Notes: generated by a model from the sequence alone, not told the origin. A stretch of DNA of 49,023 nucleotides from Bacteroidales bacterium (GCA_018334875.1 JAGXLC010000002.1:1-49023); one strand, 5' to 3'; positions 40,440 to 48,714 are shown, counted from the first letter of the stretch. A program made the numbers and translations.

Positions 40440-41645
40440 ATGGCAAATTCAAAACAAACCAAAGGTGTTATAGGTATTCTTACAGGGGGAGGCGATGTCC
40501 CCGGCCTTAATCCGTCAATTCGTGCAGTAACCGTACGCGCTATCCGTGAAGGATATAAGGTAATTGGAATAAAAAGAGGCTGGGCTGGCCTGGTAGATAT
40601 GGTCAGGGACAAAGAAGCCGACAATTCCAGTTGTTATTCCGAATTAAGCGAAAGCGTTGTAAACAGGGCAGGCCGAACCGGCGGGACTTTCCTCCACAGT
40701 TCCCGGACCAATCCTCAAAATGTACCCAAAAGTGCGGTGCCCAAACACCTTCAAGACAAATACAATAAAGAAAAAAATGATCTAACCAGCGAAGTGTTGA
40801 AAAATCTGGACTATCTGAATATTGATTTCCTGATTCCTGTTGGAGGAGATGATACACTATCCTATGCAGTCAGGCTGTATAGAGAAGGTGTTAAACTCAT
40901 CGGTATTCCCAAGACCATGGATAATGATGTGGCTGGCACGGATTATTGCATTGGCTTTAGTACCTGTGTAACCCGCACCATTTCTATGACACACATGCTC
41001 AGAACTTCTGCAGGGTCCCATGAGCGGGTTCTGGTACTGGAAGTATTCGGAAGATATGCCGGTTTTACAGCCATGCTGCCTACAATGGCCGGAGCAGCGG
41101 ACCGATGTGTGATCCCTGAATATAAATTTGAAATTGAAGATCTTACAAGACTACTGCTTGAAGACCGTGCCAAGCATCCCAGCAACTATTCGGTAGTACT
41201 GATCTCTGAAGGTGCGATGTATAAAGGCGGCGAAATGGTTTTTGAAGAGCAGAGTAAAGATATGTACGGACATGCCAAATTGGGTGGAGTAGGTGACCTG
41301 GTTTCCGCTAAAATCAAGGAACTTTCACCCAAATTGAATAATGGGGTTAAAGTAAGCACCATCAATCAGAAGCTTGGTTATCTTGTAAGAGGCGGTGATC
41401 CCGACTCCATTGACTCGATTGTCCCCATGGCTTATGGTAATCTGGCTCTTGATCTGGTGCTGGAAGGTTTACACGGCAGAATGGTGGTATTTAAACACGG
41501 GCACTACGACAATGTACCTATTGAAGTGGTAACCGCAAAAAGCAAAAAAGTAAATGTTAAGGAACATTACAATACAGAAAGATTAAGACCGGAGTATAAG
41601 AGCTTTGCCATGAAGCCCCTTTTTATCATGACCAGCGAAGTTTAG
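40440..41645 (+). CDS. pfp: Pyrophosphate-dependent-type 6-phosphofructokinase
   Basis: 401 aa. ILTGGGDVPGLN, VGGDDTLSYA and GIPKTMDND give the Asp/Lys signature associated with PPi-PFKs, at positions where pfkA at 2333-3313 has Gly/Gly. Confidence 0.75.
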   Translation: MANSKQTKGVIGILTGGGDVPGLNPSIRAVTVRAIREGYKVIGIKRGWAGLVDMVRDKEADNSSCYSELSESVVNRAGRTGGTFLHSSRTNPQNVPKSAVPKHLQDKYNKEKNDLTSEVLKNLDYLNIDFLIPVGGDDTLSYAVRLYREGVKLIGIPKTMDNDVAGTDYCIGFSTCVTRTISMTHMLRTSAGSHERVLVLEVFGRYAGFTAMLPTMAGAADRCVIPEYKFEIEDLTRLLLEDRAKHPSNYSVVLISEGAMYKGGEMVFEEQSKDMYGHAKLGGVGDLVSAKIKELSPKLNNGVKVSTINQKLGYLVRGGDPDSIDSIVPMAYGNLALDLVLEGLHGRMVVFKHGHYDNVPIEVVTAKSKKVNVKEHYNTERLRPEYKSFAMKPLFIMTSEV

Positions 41646-41656
41646 TTATTACCATA

Positions 41657-41686
41657 AAGAAACGCCGGAAATTTCCGGCGTTTCTT
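41657..41686 (+). terminator. Terminator hairpin after pfp
   Basis: Perfect 30-nt palindrome AAGAAACGCCGGAAA|TTTCCGGCGTTTCTT. Confidence 0.65.
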
Positions 41687-41802
41687 ATACTTTTCATATA
41701 TAGAAAAATAATCCCTTCATTTTGTCTAAGTAGAGTCTCTTTCAAATCTCTTTGACTTTATGGACAAACACTAAGTAACAACAGCCTTATGATTCATTAG
41801 TG

Positions 41803-41931
41803 TAACAGTTTATTAAAAAATTGAATTTCAAATTGATTTATTTACCAAAATTACAAACTTTGCTTGTATTACCATGGAACCCGCATGCTACTCATGTCCT
41901 TGTTGTGAAGGTCCCTAGATGCGGGTTTCAT
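41803..41931 (+). repeat. 129-bp repeat unit (69-bp upstream block + hairpin B)
   Basis: Ungapped match, 111/129, to the reverse complement of 38457-38585. Confidence 0.85.
41872..41931 (+). ncRNA. Conserved hairpin element, copy B (candidate structured RNA)
   Basis: CCATGGAACCCGCATGCTACTCATGTCCTTGTTGTGAAGGTCCCTAGATGCGGGTTTCAT. 13-bp outer stem and CCUU/AAGG apical stem. Confidence 0.4.
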
Positions 41932-42005
41932 TCGGATAAAGTTTGATTATATGTTTGTAATTCAATCAAATAGAACCTCAAAATTCAAGCCTTGTGCTTC
42001 CTTCG

Positions 42006-42067
42006 CCATGGAACCCGCATGCTTTATTCATTGCCTTGTTGCGAAGGTTCCTAGATGCGGGTTTCAT
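42006..42067 (+). ncRNA. Conserved hairpin element, copy C (candidate structured RNA)
   Basis: CCATGGAACCCGCATGCTTTATTCATTGCCTTGTTGCGAAGGTTCCTAGATGCGGGTTTCAT. The outer stem is identical to copy B. Overlaps the bTHX ORF 3' end on the opposite strand. Confidence 0.4.
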
Positions 42068-42320
42068 TGGAAGAATCTGACTTTTTAGATCCTCCGGAAC
42101 TTTTGCTTCCTGACTTCGAGCCTTTTCCGCTCTTCTTGTCAGACTCTTTTTCTTTCCCAATCTTAATATCTGTCATATTTTCCTGAAGTTCAGGTGCATT
42201 TTCCTGCGGATTCTTAGCCAAAGCCATCTTTTTCATTCGCTGTTTCTTCCGGGGTCTGCGAACCCCATATGTGTTCCTGAAAATCTTTCCCCTTTTGGTT
42301 TTGATATCTCCTTTTCCCAT
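42051..42320 (-). CDS. 30S ribosomal protein bTHX with a long K/S/E-rich C-terminal extension
   Basis: N-terminus MGKGDIKTKRGKIFRNTYGVRRPRKK closely matches Thermus THX ([26 protein letters not shown]). The ORF continues to 89 aa. Confidence 0.8.
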   Translation of the reverse strand: MGKGDIKTKRGKIFRNTYGVRRPRKKQRMKKMALAKNPQENAPELQENMTDIKIGKEKESDKKSGKGSKSGSKSSGGSKKSDSSNETRI

Positions 42321-42388
42321 AAATAATCTGGATTTTGGTTAATAATATCTTCTTTATTTAGCCCAAATAATTCAAGAATTAACTTGCC

Positions 42389-42396
42389 CAAAATTA
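42389..42396 (-). promoter_or_regulatory. Candidate -7 promoter element for the bTHX gene
   Basis: The - strand reads TAATTTTG, an exact TAnnTTTG match, about 70 nt upstream of the ATG. Confidence 0.3.
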
Positions 42397-42436
42397 TAAA
42401 AAAATTGCTTATAATGAAATGTGTGAATGATAATCA

Positions 42437-42937
42437 TCAACTTTCCGAATGCCGTTTCTTCCTTTCCAACACCAGAATGGAAAAGGAATAGGCATGCTTT
42501 TCATCCTTTTCATGATATTTCCGGCTTACCTCTTTCCACTCATCCCAATCCAAATCCGGAAAAAAAGTATCTCCCTCAAATTCAACATGAATCCTGGTAA
42601 GGTAAATTCTGTGGACTTTGGGTAATGCCATCCGGTAAATCTGCTCTCCTCCAATTATAAAAGGCTCATCATCATCTTTAGCCAAATCCAGGGCTTTTTC
42701 CAGGGAGTTCACCACAAAGCAGCCCTCTGCCCTATAATTGGAATTTCTGGTGATAATAATATTGGTCCGTTCGGGAAGTGGCTTGCCCTGAGATTCAAAA
42801 GTCCTGCGGCCGGCAATTACATGATGGCCCCGGGTTGTTCGTTTAAAATGCTTCAAGTCATCAGGCAGATGCCACAACAACTGATTGTCCTTCCCAATGA
42901 CATTATTCTCCGAAGCTGCTACAATAATGGCAAGCAT
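42437..42937 (-). CDS. folA: Dihydrofolate reductase
   Basis: IVAASENNVIGKDNQLLWHLPDDLKHFKRTT...IIGGEQIY. Confidence 0.92.
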   Translation of the reverse strand: MLAIIVAASENNVIGKDNQLLWHLPDDLKHFKRTTRGHHVIAGRRTFESQGKPLPERTNIIITRNSNYRAEGCFVVNSLEKALDLAKDDDEPFIIGGEQIYRMALPKVHRIYLTRIHVEFEGDTFFPDLDWDEWKEVSRKYHEKDEKHAYSFSILVLERKKRHSES

Positions 42938-42990
42938 AAATTTTCGGTTTGGTTGATTTCAACATATAATGCATTACACAACACCATCCA

Positions 42991-43785
42991 CTAAACAGAG
43001 ACCTTACCCTTTATATGAGGATGGGGGTTGTAGTTTTCCAGCCTGAAATCGGAATACTCAAAGTCAAAAATATTTTTTTTGTCCGGGTTGATCTCCATAG
43101 TGGGTAGCTCCCTTGGTTCGCGTGTCAACTGCAGTTTAACCTGCTCAATATGATTCAGATATATGTGGGCATCCCCAAAAGTGTGGATAAATTCAAAAGG
43201 TTCAAGATTAGTGGTTCGGGCCATCATCATGGTCAATAACGCATAGGAAGCAATATTAAAAGGTACTCCGATGAAAAGATCAGCGCTCCGCTGGTACAAC
43301 TGACAGGACAGCTTACCCTCATTCACATAAAACTGAAAAAGAATATGACAGGGAGGCAAAGCCATATTTTTCAAATCACCAACATTCCACGCGCTGACTA
43401 AATGCCTGCGTGATTCCGGATTGTTCTTAATCGAATCAATTACCTGTGAGATCTGATCCACATATTCGCCGTCGGGGCCGGGCCATGAACGCCATTGATA
43501 TCCATATATATGCCCCAGATCACCGTTTTCATCAGCCCATGGGTCCCATATCCTTACCTTGTTTTCGTTGAGGTAGCGAATGTTGGTATCTCCCCTTAAA
43601 AACCAAAGCAACTCATAAATGATCGACCTTACATGAAGCTTCTTGGTGGTAATCAAAGGAAAACCCTTCCGAAGATCAAATCGCATCTGGTATCCAAAAG
43701 TACTTATCGTCCCTGTTCCGGTTCTGTCATCTTTACGGGAACCATTCTGGAGTACATGATCCAGTAAATCAAGATATTGTTGCAT
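42991..43785 (-). CDS. thyA: Thymidylate synthase
   Basis: 264 aa with [24 protein letters not shown] and [21 protein letters not shown]. Confidence 0.95.
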   Translation of the reverse strand: MQQYLDLLDHVLQNGSRKDDRTGTGTISTFGYQMRFDLRKGFPLITTKKLHVRSIIYELLWFLRGDTNIRYLNENKVRIWDPWADENGDLGHIYGYQWRSWPGPDGEYVDQISQVIDSIKNNPESRRHLVSAWNVGDLKNMALPPCHILFQFYVNEGKLSCQLYQRSADLFIGVPFNIASYALLTMMMARTTNLEPFEFIHTFGDAHIYLNHIEQVKLQLTREPRELPTMEINPDKKNIFDFEYSDFRLENYNPHPHIKGKVSV

Positions 43786-44008
43786 GATAAAAAATTATCG
43801 TATACATAAACCTTATAAAATTAACAAATATATAGCAAGTTCAGCTATATTCAAATCCAATTTTTAAATACTTCCGACTTAATTATTAATCAACGGATTA
43901 ATCTTTAAATTGTTTCGACTATCTGAAAAAATTGTTCAAATGGTTTGGGTCATTCTTTTTAGAACAATAACTTTGAACCAATTTAATCAAATGGTCAAAT
44001 GTTCGAAT

Positions 44009-44620
44009 ATGGAATCTTCAGAATACACGGAGAAAAAAAACATGAGGGAGCATATCATCGATATTGCCCGGGGTATTTTCGGCAAGTTTGGTTTCAAAAA
44101 AACCACCGTTGACGATATAGCTCATGACCTGGGAAAGGGAAAAAGCTCCATATACTACTATTTTAAAAGTAAGGAGGAAATCTACAAAGAAGTGATCAAC
44201 AGGGAAGCAGAAGCCCTCAGGTCAGAAATCTATAAAAAAGTGATCAATACGGAGGACGATCCCAAGGAGAAATTAAGAAACTACGTATTAACAAGAATGC
44301 GCTTTTTACATGAGCTGGCCAATTTCAATGAAGCCTTAAAAAATGATTATCTAAAGAATTTTGCCTTTTTGGAAAAAATACGGGAAAAATACGATAAGGA
44401 GGAACACGGGATCATACAAAATATTCTTCAGGAAGGCATGAACAAAAATATCTTCCGTTTAAAGGAGGCCGAATTTGCGGCGATGGCTTTTGTAACTGCA
44501 ATGAAAGGACTTGAGGTGGGCCTGTTCATAAAAAAAGAATATTCACTGGAAAATCTGGAACAAAGACTTGATGAGATGCTGGAAATTATTTTTTACGGAC
44601 TGGTAAAAAACAACAAATAA
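44009..44620 (+). CDS. TetR/AcrR-family transcriptional regulator
   Basis: HTH region IIDIARGIFGKFGFKKTTVDDIAHDLGKGKSSIYYYFKSKEEIY. The start is ATG 44009 (alternative ATG at 44042); the track start 43910 is a TTG. Confidence 0.85.
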   Translation: MESSEYTEKKNMREHIIDIARGIFGKFGFKKTTVDDIAHDLGKGKSSIYYYFKSKEEIYKEVINREAEALRSEIYKKVINTEDDPKEKLRNYVLTRMRFLHELANFNEALKNDYLKNFAFLEKIREKYDKEEHGIIQNILQEGMNKNIFRLKEAEFAAMAFVTAMKGLEVGLFIKKEYSLENLEQRLDEMLEIIFYGLVKNNK

Positions 44621-44623
44621 AAA

Positions 44624-45628
44624 ATGATGCACATGCAGTTAATCAAAACAAAACATCCTGTTTTATGGATCATACTATTGTCTTCATTTATCACGGGATC
44701 ACTGAAGGCACAGGAGCAAATGACACTACAGGAATGCCGGGAGCGCGCCTTAAAGCATAATAAGAAAATTGAAATAGCCACGGAAAATGAACTGGCAGTC
44801 AATTCACTTGAAAAGTCAGCCAAAACACTTTATTATCCCAACATAAAGTTCAATGGTGGATACTTCAGAATGAATCAACAATTCAGTCTTTTTAGCGAAA
44901 ACATGTTCCTTCCTGTCGTACCCCAGGAAGTTTTCAGGAATGGATTATCTGTGCTCGATCCGAGAGAAAATCCGGATCTGGTAAGAGAAACCATGGTTAC
45001 ACAGGATGTCAACGGGGTACCCTTACCCGTCGAGGATCCTGAATCAGGTAATCCTATGTTCGAACAATATGCCTTATTGCCCCGTGATGAAGCAAAATTT
45101 AATCTGCAGAATGTTTTTTTCGGCAATATAGGATTAAAACAGCCCATCTATATGGGCGGAAAAATTAAACAAACCAACAACATAGCCAAATATAGCAGCC
45201 AAATGATGGAGGCTAAAAAGCACGAAAGTGAAGCGGATGTTATTGTTGAAACGGATGAGCGTTACTGGAAAGTCATTTCCCTGAAAGAAAAGGTGAGACT
45301 GGCAGAAGAATATAAGAAAAGACTTGACTCCCTGCTAACCGAAGTACAAAATCTTCATGAAGAGGGAATTATAACCAAAAACAAGGTAATGGAGGTTCGG
45401 GTAAAGAAGAACAAGGTTGAACTTCAGTTACTAAAAGCCAAGAATGGTCTGGAAATGGGACGCATGGCTCTGAATCAGACACTGGGATTTTCCACGGACA
45501 CCACCCTTCATTTGGCGGATAGCCTCGGAGAGGTAACGCAGCTAACCAATCCGGAAAATTTCAGAAAGAAGGCTTTGGAAGAACGCGCGGAAATTCATGC
45601 ACTAAACAATTACCAAAAATTGCAGTAA
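44624..45628 (+). pseudogene. TolC-family outer-membrane efflux protein, truncated after the first structural repeat
   Basis: Signal peptide, helices and strands of repeat 1 are present. The ORF stops 5 codons after ALEERAEIHALNN, the point where the second TolC repeat normally begins. Confidence 0.65.
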
Positions 45629-45636
45629 ACAAACCA

Positions 45637-48600
45637 GTGGCCACTACAATGGCATTTCTCGCCATTGTACTTTTTGGTCTGGTTTCTCTAAACAGACTGC
45701 CTCTTGATATCATGCCGGAAATGGAGCTTCCTACCTTAACGGTGATGACAGTTTACCCGGGGGCTTCGGCAGAAGAAGTAGAAAAACAAGTCACCCGGCC
45801 CGTGGAAGAAATACTGGCCGGAACGGAAAATCTTAAAGAGATCACTTCTACTTCCAGGGAAAATGTTTCATTTATTGCATTGCAATTCGACTGGGGAGCA
45901 AACATTTCGGAGGCTTCAAACAGTGCCCGTGACCTGATTGAACTGGCAAAAAATGAGCTGCCGGATGATGCACAAAGCCCGGTCATCTATAAAGTAAATT
46001 CCGCAATGTTCCCTGTTTTGGTTTATGGAATAACGGCCCAGGAAAATTACGATGCCATCAATAATATCATTAAAAACGATATTGCCTCACCCATCAAAAA
46101 GATAGAGGGTGTTGGATCGGTAATATATGTCGGTCAACCCGAAAGGGAAATAAAAATCAGGGTTAATCCGAACAAACTGGATGCATACAACCTGTCTGTG
46201 GATGAAGTAGCTTCGATATTGAAATCAGAAAACCTTAACATACCGGGGGGAAACATAAAAGTAGGAACCAATGATTTTTCTGTTAAAGTTCCCGCTCAGT
46301 TTGAAAGCACAGATGAAATAAGGGATATTCCATTGGTCAGTTTCAACGAAAGGATCATCAAGCTGAAGGACATCGCCACGGTAGTGGATGGTTTCAGGGA
46401 TAAAGATGTTTACGCCCGCAATAAAGAAGGAGAAGGCGTCGCAATGATGATACAAAAACAAACCGGGGTTAATACGCTGAATGTGACCTCCTCGGTCAGG
46501 GACAGAGTGGAGGAACTGCAGGAAGAACTCCCCGATGATGTACAAATATTTGAGATCATGAATACGGATGAGCTGATCGTCCAATCCATAGGGAACCTCT
46601 CGGAAACACTATGGTGGGGTCTGCTTTTTGTATCCATAGTGGTATTCTTTTTCCTGAGGGAATGGAGAAACAGCCTGATCATCATTCTAACCCTTCCTTT
46701 CTCCCTTATCATTGCTTTCATCATCATGTTTATAGGAGGGTACACCATCAACATATTTTCGCTGATGTCGCTTGTTATAGCCATTGGTTTAGTAGTTGAC
46801 AACGCCATTGTCGTATTGGAAAATATTGTACAGCATATTGAAAAGGGAAGCAGGCCCAAACAGGCTTCCATCTTCGGAACCCATGAGATGAGTATGGCCA
46901 TCTCAGCCGCAACAGCTACCACACTGATGGTATTCATTCCGATGATCTTTGTTGGAGGTATAGTAGGCATCCTATTTAAGCAGCTCGCGGTATTGACATC
47001 CGTCACCATGGTGGCCTCACTGGTTACTTCCCTCAGTTTAACGCCAACAGCAGCATCCAAATTGCTTAAAGGCCTCAGGGAACAGAAAAAAAACTACAAG
47101 GGAAAATTTTATCAGTGGAGCGAACGGAAATTTGAACAGATCGAAGCATTTTACAAACGATCCCTTCACTGGGCACTGCATCATAAAACCTTCACCCTTC
47201 TTGCAGCTTTGGTGGTATTTGCAGGAACACTGTATCTGGGAAGAGGCCTCGGTACAGATTACATCCCGGAATTTGACGCAGGAGATATTGCCGTAGTTAT
47301 CGAAACCGAAGTTGGAAGCCGCGCCAGCCAGACCGACCGGGCCGCAAAAAAGGTTATGCAAATCATACGGGAAGAAGTTCCTGAACTGGAACCCGGTACG
47401 CTTGCTTCTGTCAGCGGTCAGACAGAAGACGGCACGCTCAGCTCAGTGGGGTTTGAAGAAGGGAAAAATGTAGCCACCATTCTTGCCCACCTTAAGTTAC
47501 CCAGCAACAGGGAGCGCCCCGCCAAAGAGATTGGAGCAGATTTGAGAGAACGGATCAATAAAATACCGGAGATAGAAAGTTTTCATGTCATGGCCGGGAG
47601 CATCCTTTCCGATGCCATTACCGGTAATGTTCAACCGATTGAAGTGGAAGTGACCGGTAACAATTTTGATGAGCTCAACTCTACTGCTTCCGATATTTAT
47701 AATGAACTGCAAACCATCGAAGGATTAACCGATCTGCAGACCACGATTGATCAAGGAAAACCGGAATTACAGGTGATTATAGACAAGGATAAAGCCAAGG
47801 ACATGGCGCTCAACACAGCAATGATAGGCAAGCAGATACGCAGCAGCATCTATGGTGCGGAAGCCGGGGAATTGACTCAAAGCGGAAATGAATATGCAAT
47901 CAATGTAAGATATGCACCCAATTACCGGAATAAAATCGAGGCGATAAAAAACATTAAAATTACAAATTTGAAGGGAAAGCAGATTCCACTGAAAGCCTTT
48001 GCAAACATCAGGCAGGAGCTCGGTCCTCAACAGATTGACAGGAAATCCCAGCAGCGAATCGTTAAGGTAATGGCCAATCTGCAGGATATTTCGCTGGGAA
48101 GGGCGGCCACCAAAGTACAGGCCGAAATTGACGGGATCAGCATTCCCACAGGTGTTGATGTAGAAGTAAGAGGCCAGCTCACCGAGCAGGAGCAAGCCTT
48201 TAGTGACTTATATCTGATACTGGCGATAGGCATCGCATTGGTATATATGGTTATGGCAGGTCAGTTTGAGTCATTCAAAGATCCCTTCATCATCATGTTT
48301 GCACTGCCTTTCACCTTTGTGGGGATTATCTGGGCTTTCTTCGCCACAGGCCTCACGCTAAGCGTTACAACCTTTTTAGGTGTGATTATGCTTATGGGGA
48401 TCGTGGTGAATAACGGAATTGTACTGGTAGATTACACCAAATTACTCAGGAAAAGAGGCTACAGTCTTTATGATGCTGTACTGGAAGGAGGGCGCTCGAG
48501 AATGCGTCCGGTTCTGATGACCTCATTCACTACCATACTCGCTATGCTGCCTATGGCCCTGAGTCAGGGAATGGGACGAGAGATGTATTCTCCCCTGGGG

Positions 48601-48705
48601 GTTACCATCATCGGTGGAATGCTAATTTCCACCATCGTAACCCTGATCATAGTGCCTGCAATATATACCGTATTCCATATAAAATCTGCAAATGACGAAA
48701 AATAA
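45637..48705 (+). CDS. RND efflux transporter permease, native 5' end apparently lost
   Basis: 1022 aa from GTG 45637 with 12-TM RND architecture (GLVVDNAIVVLENI in TM4). The family N-terminal motif LPKIAVNKPV continues in frame upstream (45610-45636) with no ATG/GTG/TTG before an in-frame stop at 45520. Confidence 0.85.
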   Translation: MATTMAFLAIVLFGLVSLNRLPLDIMPEMELPTLTVMTVYPGASAEEVEKQVTRPVEEILAGTENLKEITSTSRENVSFIALQFDWGANISEASNSARDLIELAKNELPDDAQSPVIYKVNSAMFPVLVYGITAQENYDAINNIIKNDIASPIKKIEGVGSVIYVGQPEREIKIRVNPNKLDAYNLSVDEVASILKSENLNIPGGNIKVGTNDFSVKVPAQFESTDEIRDIPLVSFNERIIKLKDIATVVDGFRDKDVYARNKEGEGVAMMIQKQTGVNTLNVTSSVRDRVEELQEELPDDVQIFEIMNTDELIVQSIGNLSETLWWGLLFVSIVVFFFLREWRNSLIIILTLPFSLIIAFIIMFIGGYTINIFSLMSLVIAIGLVVDNAIVVLENIVQHIEKGSRPKQASIFGTHEMSMAISAATATTLMVFIPMIFVGGIVGILFKQLAVLTSVTMVASLVTSLSLTPTAASKLLKGLREQKKNYKGKFYQWSERKFEQIEAFYKRSLHWALHHKTFTLLAALVVFAGTLYLGRGLGTDYIPEFDAGDIAVVIETEVGSRASQTDRAAKKVMQIIREEVPELEPGTLASVSGQTEDGTLSSVGFEEGKNVATILAHLKLPSNRERPAKEIGADLRERINKIPEIESFHVMAGSILSDAITGNVQPIEVEVTGNNFDELNSTASDIYNELQTIEGLTDLQTTIDQGKPELQVIIDKDKAKDMALNTAMIGKQIRSSIYGAEAGELTQSGNEYAINVRYAPNYRNKIEAIKNIKITNLKGKQIPLKAFANIRQELGPQQIDRKSQQRIVKVMANLQDISLGRAATKVQAEIDGISIPTGVDVEVRGQLTEQEQAFSDLYLILAIGIALVYMVMAGQFESFKDPFIIMFALPFTFVGIIWAFFATGLTLSVTTFLGVIMLMGIVVNNGIVLVDYTKLLRKRGYSLYDAVLEGGRSRMRPVLMTSFTTILAMLPMALSQGMGREMYSPLGVTIIGGMLISTIVTLIIVPAIYTVFHIKSANDEK

Positions 48706-48714
48706 TATTTTGCC

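Noticed and set aside
38457-41931. Site-specific invertible (phase-variable) DNA segment
   Set aside because: No invertase or tyrosine recombinase gene is in or near the segment. The repeats are long (129 bp) and diverged (86 percent identity) rather than short exact IRs. The cargo is housekeeping, and swapping the near-identical inner halves would not rewire expression.
41803-41948. MITE or other miniature mobile element
   Set aside because: The unit's two ends show no terminal inverted repeats relative to each other, no flanking direct duplication is visible, and there is no transposase anywhere in the window.
41978-42160. 60-aa reverse-strand ORF overlapping hairpin C and the bTHX tail
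   Set aside because: It is out of frame with the clear bTHX ORF, has no motifs, and is explained by the K/S-rich low-complexity sequence of the overlapping frame.
46410-47060. Long antisense or alternative-frame ORFs inside large genes (for example 46410-47060, 35579-36166, 34304-34807, 28895-29446, 30572-31084, 9192-9677)
   Set aside because: All are embedded in strongly supported genes on the other strand or frame, and their products have skewed shadow-ORF-like composition.
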